A program made the position numbers and the translations under genes. The notes below the pieces were generated by a model. It did not search any database. It saw only the letters and a list, made by a program, of their open reading frames with translations, and had not been told where the DNA came from. A stretch of DNA of 64,000 bases, taken from assembly GCA_016182235.1 (NCBI GenBank), contig JACOXT010000003.1, positions 130,209 through 194,208 on the forward strand. The letters run 5' to 3'. Numbering within the stretch: the first letter of the stretch is position 1; the number at the start of each line of letters is the position of its first letter. This document shows positions 18,399-27,573 of this stretch, piece after piece. This stretch comes from Candidatus Levyibacteriota bacterium (GTDB taxonomy: Bacteria > Patescibacteriota > Microgenomatia > Levybacterales > UBA12049).

Positions 18399-18967
18399 AG
18401 ACAATACAAATTGTTAAATTGCTAAATTGTTATATTGCCAAGTTAATAAAAAACAATACAACAATAAAACAATACAACAATCATAATGGCTTTACGATTG
18501 TTGAGTTGCTGATGTTTATGGGGCTTTTGTCAATAATGCTTGTTATATTGACGGGGATCTTTGTATCAGCTCTAGATGTTCAGCTTGAATCTGAAGCCAA
18601 TTCTTCTGTACAGCAAGATGGAAATTACATCCTTGCCAAATTATCGGGAGACATGCATAAGGCAACAAATATTTCAATCCCGAGTTCCTTAGGCGGATCT
18701 GCAACCAATTTTCAAGTAGTTGTTGGAGGTGTAAGCTATACGTATAATGTAAATTCGGATAACCTTGAGCTAAATGATGGGGTTTCAGCAGACGCTCTTA
18801 ATAGTTATAATTCAAGTATCTCTAATTTTTCGGCAACTCGATTGGGAAATAGCGGAAAAGTAGAAGATACGCTTAAAATTAATTTTACACTGACAAGCAA
18901 AACAAAAAAAAATACGGGTTTTGAGACAAAAGATTTTGAGACAACGCTTTCTCTTAGAAGACAATGA
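18395..18967 (+). CDS. Prepilin-type pseudopilin with an unusually long 32-aa leader
   Basis: ...YNNHNG/FTIVELLMFMGLLSIML. ATGA overlap with the upstream gene. Confidence 0.75.
   Translation: MKTIQIVKLLNCYIAKLIKNNTTIKQYNNHNGFTIVELLMFMGLLSIMLVILTGIFVSALDVQLESEANSSVQQDGNYILAKLSGDMHKATNISIPSSLGGSATNFQVVVGGVSYTYNVNSDNLELNDGVSADALNSYNSSISNFSATRLGNSGKVEDTLKINFTLTSKTKKNTGFETKDFETTLSLRRQ
18401..18482. repeat. Mirror-symmetric array of degenerate 8-bp repeats (about 4 x AAATTGNT, then about 4 x AACAATAN) inside the prepilin leader coding region
   Basis: Read directly: ttaaattg ctaaattg ttatattg ... aacaatac aacaataa aacaatac aacaatca. The arms are imperfect reverse complements. Confidence 0.6.
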
Positions 18968-19371
18968 TGCATAAATTTCAAATTTCAAATTTCAAATTTC
19001 AAATTTCAGAGGGTGGGCAGGCTTTAACTACACTTTTGATTTTTGTAATAATAGCTGTAACAATTACATCGGGAGCAATAGTAGTTCTTATCGCGAATAC
19101 CACATCGACAAGTAAAATTCAGGAAGGTTTGGCTGCGTATTACGCGGCAGAGAGCGGCGTTGAGAATGCGCTACTTCGTCTGTTAAGAGACCCGAATTAT
19201 ACAGGTGAAACTTTATCTATAGATACGTCAACTGCTGAAATTACCGTAACAGGAAGTAATCCAAAAACTGTTGTTTCAGTTGGGCAAAATGGAAACTTTA
19301 AACGCACTGTTCAAGTACAAATGAATTATAATAGTGGGTATTACACCTTTTCCAGTTGGAAAGAGATTTAA
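18964..19371 (+). CDS. PilX-N-like minor pilin / pseudopilin
   Basis: GGQALTTLLIFVIIAVTITSGAIV followed by AAYYAAESGVENALLRLL, the PilX N-terminal pattern. Confidence 0.6.
   Translation: MMHKFQISNFKFQISEGGQALTTLLIFVIIAVTITSGAIVVLIANTTSTSKIQEGLAAYYAAESGVENALLRLLRDPNYTGETLSIDTSTAEITVTGSNPKTVVSVGQNGNFKRTVQVQMNYNSGYYTFSSWKEI
18973..19007. repeat. Perfect tandem heptamer (AAATTTC) x5 in the 5' coding region of the PilX-like gene
   Basis: Read directly; encodes KFQISNFKFQIS. The unit length is not a multiple of three. Confidence 0.9.
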
Positions 19372-19373
19372 TT

Positions 19374-20099
19374 ATGTTTTCAAAAAACAATACGATTATT
19401 TTACTATTAGATAGAAGCGGATTTATTCTATTTAGAGACAGCTTGACGAATGTTTTGAGGTTCCCATTTGCGCCTGATATTGTCGCGAATCTGGATGTAG
19501 TTAATAAAGATCAGCTTACTAATCTAGTCATTTCCTTTATTGAAAAAAATAAGATAAATCCAGGCATAATGGTAGTATTATTGTCAGACGCTACTATATA
19601 CGAAAAAAACATATCTATACTTCCGCAGAAAACTCAATCTTCGGTTAACGGCATGAATCATAACTTTAATCACGAGGAAGAGATTCAACAGTATCTCCAG
19701 AATATTCCATTTGAAGACATTCTTGCCAGGGTTATAAAAACAGAGAAGAATTCCATGTTGGTTGCGGCCAACAAAGATCTTATTTCTTCAATTATAAACC
19801 CATTTATTAAAAAGGGGTTTGTTGTAGAATATGTAGTTCCAAGCTTCTTATACGGACAAAACTTAAATATTACAAATGGATTAACGTCAGATATTGCTCG
19901 GGCAGTCTTAAGAAAAACAGAGTTATTAAAAGTTGCCAATCTGTTAATAGGTCAAGAACATATAAACATTCCTCAGGATTCGCAACGAAATGGAAAAGAT
20001 ATAGAAGAAAAACCAAAAAGTATCAGGCAATTTATTCTCATTGGTGTCTTTATTTTTTTGGCAATAGTTTTGGTAGTTATGCTTCTTACTTTAAAATGA
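19374..20099 (+). CDS. Hypothetical tail-anchored membrane protein in the pilus operon (possible PilM/N-like role)
   Basis: C-terminal TM FILIGVFIFLAIVLVVMLLTL. The ORF-track start at 19356 overlaps the upstream gene; the ATG at 19374 follows its stop. Confidence 0.5.
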   Translation: MFSKNNTIILLLDRSGFILFRDSLTNVLRFPFAPDIVANLDVVNKDQLTNLVISFIEKNKINPGIMVVLLSDATIYEKNISILPQKTQSSVNGMNHNFNHEEEIQQYLQNIPFEDILARVIKTEKNSMLVAANKDLISSIINPFIKKGFVVEYVVPSFLYGQNLNITNGLTSDIARAVLRKTELLKVANLLIGQEHINIPQDSQRNGKDIEEKPKSIRQFILIGVFIFLAIVLVVMLLTLK

Positions 20100-20103
20100 C
20101 CCC

Positions 20104-20133
20104 TTGACAACAGCTTTTTTATATGTTTATACT
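20104..20133 (+). promoter_or_regulatory. Consensus promoter TTGACA-18-TATACT for the major pilin
   Basis: TTGACA at 20104-20109 and TATACT at 20128-20133. This argues that the TTG start at 20104 in the ORF track is not used. Confidence 0.6.
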
Positions 20134-20157
20134 GGATATATCAGAAATTTACTGCCC

Positions 20158-20652
20158 ATGAAATTATTTAGAAATAATCAAAAAGGTTTTACACTCATAG
20201 AGCTTTTAGTCGTAATCGGCATCCTCGCAATCCTTCTGGCAATCACACTTATCGCTATTAATCCCGCAAGACAATTTGCCCAAGCAAACAATACCCAGAG
20301 ACAGAGTGATGTAAACGCAATCTTGAATGCTGTCCATCAGTATATGGCGGATAATAATGGCACTCCACCTGCGGGCATTCCTGTTGATGATGGAGATCCG
20401 GCAACAGATGACACTCTTCCAATTGGAGTAAATGCAGCACTCCCGGCAAGCGTAGTTGATCTTTGCACTCCTCTAGCTCCTACATATATTGCGGCCATTC
20501 CTACCGATCCGCAATCAGGCGTTACCCCTGTAACCGATTGTGCGGTTGATCACGATACTGACTACAGGATAGTACAAAGTGCTACAAATTCAAGAATTAC
20601 TATATCTGCTCCAGATGCTGAACTAACTGCAATCATTTCTGTAACAAGATAA
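20158..20652 (+). CDS. Type IV major pilin
   Basis: MKLFRNNQKG/FTLIELLVVIGILAILLAI, a class III signal, plus a C-terminal Cys pair. Start moved to the ATG at 20158. Confidence 0.85.
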   Translation: MKLFRNNQKGFTLIELLVVIGILAILLAITLIAINPARQFAQANNTQRQSDVNAILNAVHQYMADNNGTPPAGIPVDDGDPATDDTLPIGVNAALPASVVDLCTPLAPTYIAAIPTDPQSGVTPVTDCAVDHDTDYRIVQSATNSRITISAPDAELTAIISVTR

Positions 20653-20742
20653 ATTCCTCATAATACTTAAAATAAGATATATACTCTGGTTTTACTCATC
20701 TTATCTTGCATTACACAATATTCTCTATTATAATTTAATAAA

Positions 20743-22935
20743 TTGAGATTAATAGCCGGTGGATTTTTCTGTTTGTTTCTTTTTCTATTTTCTTTGAGTA
20801 ACGTAAATAAAGTTTATGCGGACTTAACTAATGAATTTTTTGCAACTAGCAATATCATTTGCAATAATTGGGTAAATATAGAAAGTTCTTTAGGTCCTCC
20901 TGATTTAATATATGCAACTATTTCTAACAAAATTCCTGTTTGTAGATGGAATTTTAATACACCTTTTAATATTCCTCTAGAGTCAGAAATAAATGAGATA
21001 AAAGTAAAAGTTTATTACAGCAGTTCAGGGAATAATGGTAATTCTTCAATGTCACCTTTTTATAATGGAATCCAATCGTGCGTTCCACCTCCTTTTTGGC
21101 CTGCTCGTATCTTTAACGATGCTCACGAATATGTAGTTACACCCTTAAATTGTCCTACAACATTTCCAACTCTTGCACAACTGAATAGTTCTGGGATGAG
21201 TTGGCGTTTCTTCAACTCAGGCAATATAAACGCAGCTATAGATGCAGTATCCATGCGGGTTTCTTATACTCCATTCAGTACGCCAGCTCCTCTTCCCCTT
21301 TTCGATCTTCCGTGGGATTATGAGGGGAAAGGAATTTCATTTAATGAGGCCGCATTGGCGATAAATTCATATTTTGACCATGACTATCCTTTATTAAGTT
21401 CTGGTTTAAGCGAGCCAGCAGACAGTTTGGGGACAATTATTAATTATTTAGGTTTTCCCCGTGTGAATAAATTTTACTCGAGTCATGATGGTTATGATTA
21501 TGGCATACCTGCAAATGTTCATCTCGGCGATCCAGTTCTGGCTGCAGGAGATGGAATTGCGACTTATATTAATTCCTGTAGTGATTGCGGAAATATGATT
21601 ATTATAGATCATGGAAACGGATATCAAACTCGATATCTTCATTTACAAAAAGATGGATTAATATCATCCACTCCTGGTGAAGAAATTAATGTAAATGCAG
21701 GACAGCAAATTGGCCTTGTTGGCGCGACTGGGAAAACTACAGGAGCCCATATCCATTTTGGAGTTTTCCAAGACAAAAATAATGATGGAAATTTTTCAGA
21801 CAATATCCCAGATGGTGTAACAGATCCATTTGGATGGCAGTCAAAAGATCCTGATCCTTGGGAGACTTACTCGTTTTTCTACAATGGTGAAGATAGATCA
21901 GGAAATAAATCTTATTATCTTTGGAAGAAAAATCTTGACAAGCTTGACGCGATACTTACATCAAATGGCGGCGTATTTAATACAGAAAGATTTGAACTTG
22001 ATTTTCCGCAAGATTCGGTAGTTAACGAAACGCATTTGAGCATTAAGTCGGCTCCAATAATAAAAGACTTAAATAACCTTTCGTCTATTGGTTCAACTTT
22101 AGACATTCATGCTTTTGATTCTCAGGGCAACGAAGTTTTAAATTTTGAAAAAGAATTCACTTTGACGGTTGGTTTTAATGACTTTGATCTTATCCCTTAT
22201 AACACAGATAGTTTCTCTATTTATTCAAGTGCGGATGGAGTTGTTTGGAATAAAGAACCAACTCTTGTTGATTTTGTTAATAAGTCTGCAATTGCTAGAT
22301 TTAATCACCTAACTCATTTTGCTCTTATGGCAGAAAGATTTGATACAGATCCTCCCGTTACGACTGCTGTTTTAGATGGACAAAATGGTCAATCAAATTG
22401 GTTTAGATCCGATGCTTATGTTAGTTTAAATTCGGATGACGGAAGAGGTTTGGGTACTGACTATACTTTATATAGAAAAGAAGATGAGGACTGGGAAACT
22501 TACGAAGGCCCACTACTATTTACCGATGAAGGGCATCATAAAATAGAATTTTATTCTGTTGACAAAGACGAAAATATTGAGGATGTGAAATCAGTAAAAT
22601 TCGATATTGATAAAACAGCGCCTGAGGCAGAAATTGACATAAATCCCAAAACAATTTGGCCGGCAAACGGGAAGATGATAAATATTTCTGTTACCGGCGA
22701 TGTAAGCGATTTACATCTATTCTCCAAACAAATTTTAGTTATTGACGAGTATGACCAAATACAGCCTGCTATTTCTGATTTTGGACAAACAATTCAGCTT
22801 GAAGCAAAAAGAAGAGGTAATGATTTAGATGGAAGAATATATGTTCTAGGAATACTAGCAGAAGATTTAGCAGGAAATGTAAAAGAGGATCAAGTTAAAG
22901 TAGTAGTTCCTCATGATCAGGGAAAAGACAAATAG
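20743..22935 (+). CDS. Secreted M23 family metallopeptidase with a C-terminal Ig-like/adhesion region
   Basis: Signal peptide; HDGYDYG (HxxxD), IIIDHGNGYQTRYLHL, GATGKTTGAHIHFGVF (HxH). Confidence 0.85.
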   Translation: MRLIAGGFFCLFLFLFSLSNVNKVYADLTNEFFATSNIICNNWVNIESSLGPPDLIYATISNKIPVCRWNFNTPFNIPLESEINEIKVKVYYSSSGNNGNSSMSPFYNGIQSCVPPPFWPARIFNDAHEYVVTPLNCPTTFPTLAQLNSSGMSWRFFNSGNINAAIDAVSMRVSYTPFSTPAPLPLFDLPWDYEGKGISFNEAALAINSYFDHDYPLLSSGLSEPADSLGTIINYLGFPRVNKFYSSHDGYDYGIPANVHLGDPVLAAGDGIATYINSCSDCGNMIIIDHGNGYQTRYLHLQKDGLISSTPGEEINVNAGQQIGLVGATGKTTGAHIHFGVFQDKNNDGNFSDNIPDGVTDPFGWQSKDPDPWETYSFFYNGEDRSGNKSYYLWKKNLDKLDAILTSNGGVFNTERFELDFPQDSVVNETHLSIKSAPIIKDLNNLSSIGSTLDIHAFDSQGNEVLNFEKEFTLTVGFNDFDLIPYNTDSFSIYSSADGVVWNKEPTLVDFVNKSAIARFNHLTHFALMAERFDTDPPVTTAVLDGQNGQSNWFRSDAYVSLNSDDGRGLGTDYTLYRKEDEDWETYEGPLLFTDEGHHKIEFYSVDKDENIEDVKSVKFDIDKTAPEAEIDINPKTIWPANGKMINISVTGDVSDLHLFSKQILVIDEYDQIQPAISDFGQTIQLEAKRRGNDLDGRIYVLGILAEDLAGNVKEDQVKVVVPHDQGKDK

Positions 22936-22973
22936 AGCAACATCTATCTGTCAGAGTTTTGTCATTTTGGCTA

Positions 22974-23001
22974 TTGACGTTTGGGAAGAAATATGTATAA
23001 T
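22974..23001 (+). promoter_or_regulatory. Candidate tuf promoter TTGACG-16-TATAAT
   Basis: TTGACG at 22974-22979 and TATAAT at 22996-23001. Confidence 0.5.
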
Positions 23002-23010
23002 ATAGTTTAG

Positions 23011-23036
23011 CCTTAAAAGACTTAAGGTCTTTTTTT
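23011..23036 (+). terminator. Terminator-like hairpin plus T-run located in the tuf leader
   Basis: ccttaa-aagac-ttaagg followed by tcttttttt. Confidence 0.4.
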
Positions 23037-23042
23037 GAAGTT

Positions 23043-24230
23043 ATGGCGGAATCTAAAAAATACGAAAGAACAAAACCTCATGTTAATATTGGAACAATTG
23101 GCCATGTTGATCACGGAAAAACCACTTTAACAGCAGCTATAGCAACAGTTCTCTCAAAAAAAGGGTTGGCCCAAGCTAAAAAATACGAAGACATTGATAA
23201 CGCCCCTGAAGAAAAAGCAAGAGGTGTTACTATTAACATTTCCCATATCGAGTATGAGACGGCAAAGCGCCATTATGCTCATATAGATGCTCCGGGACAT
23301 GCGGATTATATTAAAAATATGATTACGGGAGCCGCTCAAATGGATGGGGCGATCTTAGTTGTATCTGCTCCAGATGGACCGATGCCACAAACTCGAGAAC
23401 ACATTCTTCTTGCACGGCAAGTTGGAGTTCCAGCAATTGTTGTATTTCTTAATAAAGTTGACATGGTTGCCGACAAAGAGCTTTTGGATTTGGTTGAAAT
23501 GGAAGTTAAAGATCTTCTTAAAAAATATCAATATCCGGGGGATGAAATCCCGATCATAAAAGGATCTGCTCTTAAGGCTCTTAATGGAGATGCTGAGGGA
23601 GAAAAGCAGATAATGGAGTTGATGGATAAAGTTGATAGTTATATTCCAACTCCAAAAAGAGACATTGATAAGCCATTTCTCATGCCTGTTGAGGATGTTT
23701 TTTCTATTAAAGGACGCGGAACTGTTGTAACAGGAAGAATTGAAAGAGGGAAGATAAAAATTAATGATCCTGTTGAGATTGTCGGTATTCGCGAAACCAA
23801 ATCAAGTGTCGTAACTGGAGTTGAAATGTTTAGAAAGCAATTGGATGAAGGGCAAGCAGGAGATAACGTCGGACTTCTGGTCCGAGGAATTGAGAAAAAC
23901 GATGTTGAAAGAGGACAGGTATTAGTCAAGCCGGGATCAATGACTCCACATAAAGAATTTGAGGCAGAAGGTTATATTCTTACAAAAGAAGAAGGGGGAA
24001 GACATACGCCATTCTTTACAGGCTATAGACCTCAGTTCTATATCAGAACAACAGATGTAACCGCTGAAGTGACTCTCCCAAAGGGCGTTGAAATGGTAAT
24101 GCCAGGAGATAACACCAAAATGACAGTTAAGCTTATTGTTCCTGTTGCTATGGAAGACGGACTTAGATTTGCAATTCGTGAAGGCGGAAAGACGGTTGGA
24201 GCAGGAGTAATAAGCAAAATTATTGCATGA
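23043..24230 (+). CDS. tuf: Translation elongation factor Tu
   Basis: [19 protein letters not shown]; full-length 395 aa. Confidence 0.98.
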   Translation: MAESKKYERTKPHVNIGTIGHVDHGKTTLTAAIATVLSKKGLAQAKKYEDIDNAPEEKARGVTINISHIEYETAKRHYAHIDAPGHADYIKNMITGAAQMDGAILVVSAPDGPMPQTREHILLARQVGVPAIVVFLNKVDMVADKELLDLVEMEVKDLLKKYQYPGDEIPIIKGSALKALNGDAEGEKQIMELMDKVDSYIPTPKRDIDKPFLMPVEDVFSIKGRGTVVTGRIERGKIKINDPVEIVGIRETKSSVVTGVEMFRKQLDEGQAGDNVGLLVRGIEKNDVERGQVLVKPGSMTPHKEFEAEGYILTKEEGGRHTPFFTGYRPQFYIRTTDVTAEVTLPKGVEMVMPGDNTKMTVKLIVPVAMEDGLRFAIREGGKTVGAGVISKIIA

Positions 24231-24253
24231 AATTGGTAAATGTGATATAAATG

Positions 24254-24276
24254 TGGCCGTAAAGGCCATTTTTTTT
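24254..24276 (+). terminator. Rho-independent terminator after tuf
   Basis: tggcc-gtaaa-ggcca followed by tttttttt. Confidence 0.6.
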
Positions 24277-24318
24277 GGTTTTTGCCAAGTCAAACTTGGC
24301 CTTGCACCTTAATTTAAT

Positions 24319-24627
24319 ATGCCAAAAGGAAGAATAAGGGTACGTTTAAAAAGTTATGACGCTCGAGTAATTGATAACTGCTGTCAACAGATATTAGATA
24401 CAGCTATTAGAACAGGTGCAAAAGTCGTTGGCCCTATACCTCTTCCTACTCAAAGAAGCGTTTACGCGGTTAATAAATCTCCATTTATAGATAAAGACGC
24501 AAGAGATCATTTTGAAATAAAAGTCCACAAAAGATTAATAGATATAATTTCCCCGACAGACAAAACAATAGATAGTCTTACTCATTTAGAATTGCCTGCA
24601 GGAGTAAGTATAGAAATCAGAATGTAG
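24319..24627 (+). CDS. rpsJ: 30S ribosomal protein S10
   Basis: IRVRLKSYDARVIDN...; position in the cluster. Confidence 0.97.
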   Translation: MPKGRIRVRLKSYDARVIDNCCQQILDTAIRTGAKVVGPIPLPTQRSVYAVNKSPFIDKDARDHFEIKVHKRLIDIISPTDKTIDSLTHLELPAGVSIEIRM

Positions 24628-24716
24628 TCAACCTCACGTGTCTATTGCATTTATATCCACCTCGTTATATAATTATTCTTAGAAAAGTCATGATAAACCG
24701 ATTGGGGGTGTTGAGA

Positions 24717-24780
24717 ACTACATAGACAACTAATCGAAGGCATGCTTGAGATTAAGGCGACTCTATGTAGTCGCTTTTTT
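24717..24780 (+). promoter_or_regulatory. Attenuator-like structure: long-range stem competing with an intrinsic terminator between rpsJ and rplC
   Basis: actacataga (24717-24726) is complementary to tctatgtagt (24762-24771). A gcgac/gtcgc hairpin (24757-24774) uses that same segment as its loop and is followed by tttttt. Confidence 0.4.
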
Positions 24781-24802
24781 GGTGCACTTGACTTAACTTA
24801 AT

Positions 24803-25471
24803 ATGAATTCATTATTAGGTATAAAAGTAGAGCAATCGCAAAAGTTTTTGGAGAATGGTCTTCGTATACCTGTCACAAAATTGAAGGTGGGAGGTAATGT
24901 TGTGGCTGGCATTAAAACCTTGGATAAACACTCATATTCTGCCATACAACTAGGATTTGGAGGCACAAAGCCTCCTTTTAAATTTTTAAGAGAGATTAGG
25001 ATTGCTGATGGCAATTCCTCTTTGCCAGATAAAGGCGAGATGCTTAAGGCAACTTCTCTTTTCAAGCCAGGCGATGTGATTAATGCTACTGGTATTTCTA
25101 AGGGAAAAGGATATGCTGGCGTTGTTAAGAGACATCATTTTAAGGGAGGTCCTAGAACTCACGGTCAATCAGATAGAGAAAGAGCACCAGGCGCAATTGG
25201 ATCAACCACAACTCCGGGAAGAGTATATCGGGGAAAGCGTATGGCAGGCCGAATGGGACATGAAAGAATAACAATTAAAAATCTAGAAGTAGTTTCTGTA
25301 GATGACGATTTCATGCTGGTAAAAGGTTTAGTGCCCGGAGGAAAAAATAGTTTATTAATGCTTAAAAAGGTTGGAGAGGATAAGAAATTTGTACCCATTC
25401 ACACAGAAACGCAGAGTATTCCACAGAAAGAAACTGAAACGCAGAAGGAGGTAAAGGGAAATGCCAGCTAA
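24803..25471 (+). CDS. rplC: 50S ribosomal protein L3
   Basis: GISKGKGYAGVVKRHHFKGGPRTHGQSDRERAPGAIG. Confidence 0.95.
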   Translation: MNSLLGIKVEQSQKFLENGLRIPVTKLKVGGNVVAGIKTLDKHSYSAIQLGFGGTKPPFKFLREIRIADGNSSLPDKGEMLKATSLFKPGDVINATGISKGKGYAGVVKRHHFKGGPRTHGQSDRERAPGAIGSTTTPGRVYRGKRMAGRMGHERITIKNLEVVSVDDDFMLVKGLVPGGKNSLLMLKKVGEDKKFVPIHTETQSIPQKETETQKEVKGNAS

Positions 25472-26246
25472 GAAGTTTCCGTCAAAGGCGGATCAGCCTA
25501 AGGTTGAGAAAGTTGCTAAAAAGAGCGCTAAGCTTGATCTTAAGAAAGAATTAAAATCTGAGGTTAAATTTGTTAAAAAAGAAGTTAAGAGCGTAAGCAA
25601 ATTGAACGCTGACGTTTTTGATGTTAAGGGAAAAGTAATAGGAAAAGTTTCTCTTCCTCAAGAAATATTTGGAGCAAAAATCAATAAAGTACTTTTGTCT
25701 CAAGCTGTGAGAGTGTATCTTGCCAATCAACGCTTGGGAACTGCGAAAACAAAAGACAGAGGAGAAGTTCATGGGACAACAAAAAAAGTCTGGCAGCAGA
25801 AAGGAACTGGGCGTGCAAGACATGGTTCAAGAAAAGCTCCAATCTTTGTTCATGGGGGCATTGCCTTTGGTCCTCGCCCTCGAGATTTTTCACTGAAACT
25901 TTCAAAAAAAATGAGAAAACAAGCTCTTTTTTCGGCATTTTCCTCTAGAGTTAAAGATAGGCAGTTAAGAATAGTCGCAGGACTTGAGAAAATTAAACCC
26001 AAAACAAAAGTAATGGTTGGGACTTTTAAAGATTTGGGAATAAAAGATAAAGAAAAGATTCTTCTGATAACTCCTTCAAAAGGTGGTTCTTATGACAATG
26101 TTTATAGGTCTGCAAGAAATATCGAAGGAGTACAAATTCTCGCTTCTAATATTCTTAATGCTTACGAAGTTTTAGATAACAATTTAGTTATTGTTATGCG
26201 GGATGCGATAAATTCTATAAAAGATAATTTTTTGAGGGAAAGATAA
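25461..26246 (+). CDS. rplD: 50S ribosomal protein L4 with a Lys-rich N-terminal extension of about 48 aa
   Basis: Core VWQQKGTGRARHGSRKAPIFVHGG, preceded by KKFPSKADQPKVEKVAKKSAKLDLKKELK... Confidence 0.93.
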   Translation: MPAKKFPSKADQPKVEKVAKKSAKLDLKKELKSEVKFVKKEVKSVSKLNADVFDVKGKVIGKVSLPQEIFGAKINKVLLSQAVRVYLANQRLGTAKTKDRGEVHGTTKKVWQQKGTGRARHGSRKAPIFVHGGIAFGPRPRDFSLKLSKKMRKQALFSAFSSRVKDRQLRIVAGLEKIKPKTKVMVGTFKDLGIKDKEKILLITPSKGGSYDNVYRSARNIEGVQILASNILNAYEVLDNNLVIVMRDAINSIKDNFLRER

Positions 26247-26247
26247 A

Positions 26248-26547
26248 ATGGATACAAGAGATGTTATCATAGCGCCAATTATAACCGAAAAATCAACTAA
26301 GGATTCTAGCCTTGGAAGATTTACTTTCAAAGTAACAAAGATTGCTGATAAAAATGTTATAAAAAAAGCAGTTGAAGAAAAATTCAAGGTAAAAGTACTT
26401 CAAACTTTCGTTATCGTTACTAAGGGGAAAAGGAATAGGATTGGAAAAAGGAGAACTGAGGTAAATGTAACGCCTTGGAAGAAAGCAATTGTTAAATTGG
26501 CAAAAGATCAGAAGATAAGCTTGTTTGAATCAGGAGCAAAGGCATAA
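26248..26547 (+). CDS. rplW: 50S ribosomal protein L23
   Basis: IIAPIITEKSTKD...FTFKV; position in the cluster. Confidence 0.93.
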   Translation: MDTRDVIIAPIITEKSTKDSSLGRFTFKVTKIADKNVIKKAVEEKFKVKVLQTFVIVTKGKRNRIGKRRTEVNVTPWKKAIVKLAKDQKISLFESGAKA

Positions 26548-27284
26548 TGAATAAACTTAAGTTTATAAAAAAGAAAAAATCGGGTAGGGATGCAAGCGGG
26601 AAAGTAGTTGTCAGACATCAGGGCGGAGAGCATAAACGGTTTATGCGAGTTATTGATTTCAAGCGAAGAAAGACAACTTCAGGAAGAGTCATCTCGATAG
26701 AATATGATCCCAACAGAACTTCTGAAGTTGCGTTAGTTCAATATACTGATGGAGAAAAAAGATATATTCTTAGACCTTCAGGGTTAGATATCGGGAGAGA
26801 AATAAAGTCTTGGGAAAATAATGAAATTCAAGTTGGCAATGCGCTGCCGTTAAAAGTACTTCCGGTCGGTACGTTTGTGCATAATGTCGAAATAACTCCG
26901 GGTCGGGGAGGACAGTTGGTAAGAGGGGCAGGAACAGGAGCTCTTGTTCTGGCAAAAGAGGGAGATTTTGTTGATCTTAAGTTACCTTCTGGGGAATTAA
27001 GAAGAATAAGCAATTTATGCTTTGCTACGGTTGGAACTTTGGGAAATGAAGATTTAAAGAATGAGAAAAGAGGCAAAGCAGGACGAAATATACATATGGG
27101 TATACGGCCGAGTGTTCGTGGGGTAGCTCAGAACCCAAGATCGCATCCTCATGGAGGAGGAGAAGGAAGAAGCGGAATTGGAATGTCTACTCCAAAAACA
27201 TATGCTGGGAGGTCAGCCGTTGGAAAGACAAGAAGAAAGAGGAAATATTCGGACAAGTATATACTGAAAAGGAGAAAGAAATGA
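26547..27284 (+). CDS. rplB: 50S ribosomal protein L2 (short N-terminus)
   Basis: [20 protein letters not shown]...GGGEGRSG. Confidence 0.95.
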   Translation: MNKLKFIKKKKSGRDASGKVVVRHQGGEHKRFMRVIDFKRRKTTSGRVISIEYDPNRTSEVALVQYTDGEKRYILRPSGLDIGREIKSWENNEIQVGNALPLKVLPVGTFVHNVEITPGRGGQLVRGAGTGALVLAKEGDFVDLKLPSGELRRISNLCFATVGTLGNEDLKNEKRGKAGRNIHMGIRPSVRGVAQNPRSHPHGGGEGRSGIGMSTPKTYAGRSAVGKTRRKRKYSDKYILKRRKK

Positions 27285-27565
27285 GCAGAAGTTCTAAGAA
27301 AGGTCCATTCATAGATCCGAAATTACAAAAAAAAGTGATGAAGCAAAAACAAATGGGAGATAAATCTCCTATAAAGACATGGGCAAGAGCTTCACAAATT
27401 CCACCCGAGTTTGTTGGGCACACATTCGCAATTCATAATGGAAAAGTGTTTATAAGTGTGTTTATACAGGAGGCTATGGTTGGACATAGGCTTGGAGAGT
27501 TTGCGCCAACAAGAACATTTAGGAGTCATGGTAGAGTTGTTGCAAGGGAAATTTCCAAGACATAG
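27281..27565 (+). CDS. rpsS: 30S ribosomal protein S19
   Basis: [12 protein letters not shown]...[10 protein letters not shown]. Confidence 0.96.
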   Translation: MSRSSKKGPFIDPKLQKKVMKQKQMGDKSPIKTWARASQIPPEFVGHTFAIHNGKVFISVFIQEAMVGHRLGEFAPTRTFRSHGRVVAREISKT

Positions 27566-27573
27566 TAAAAATT

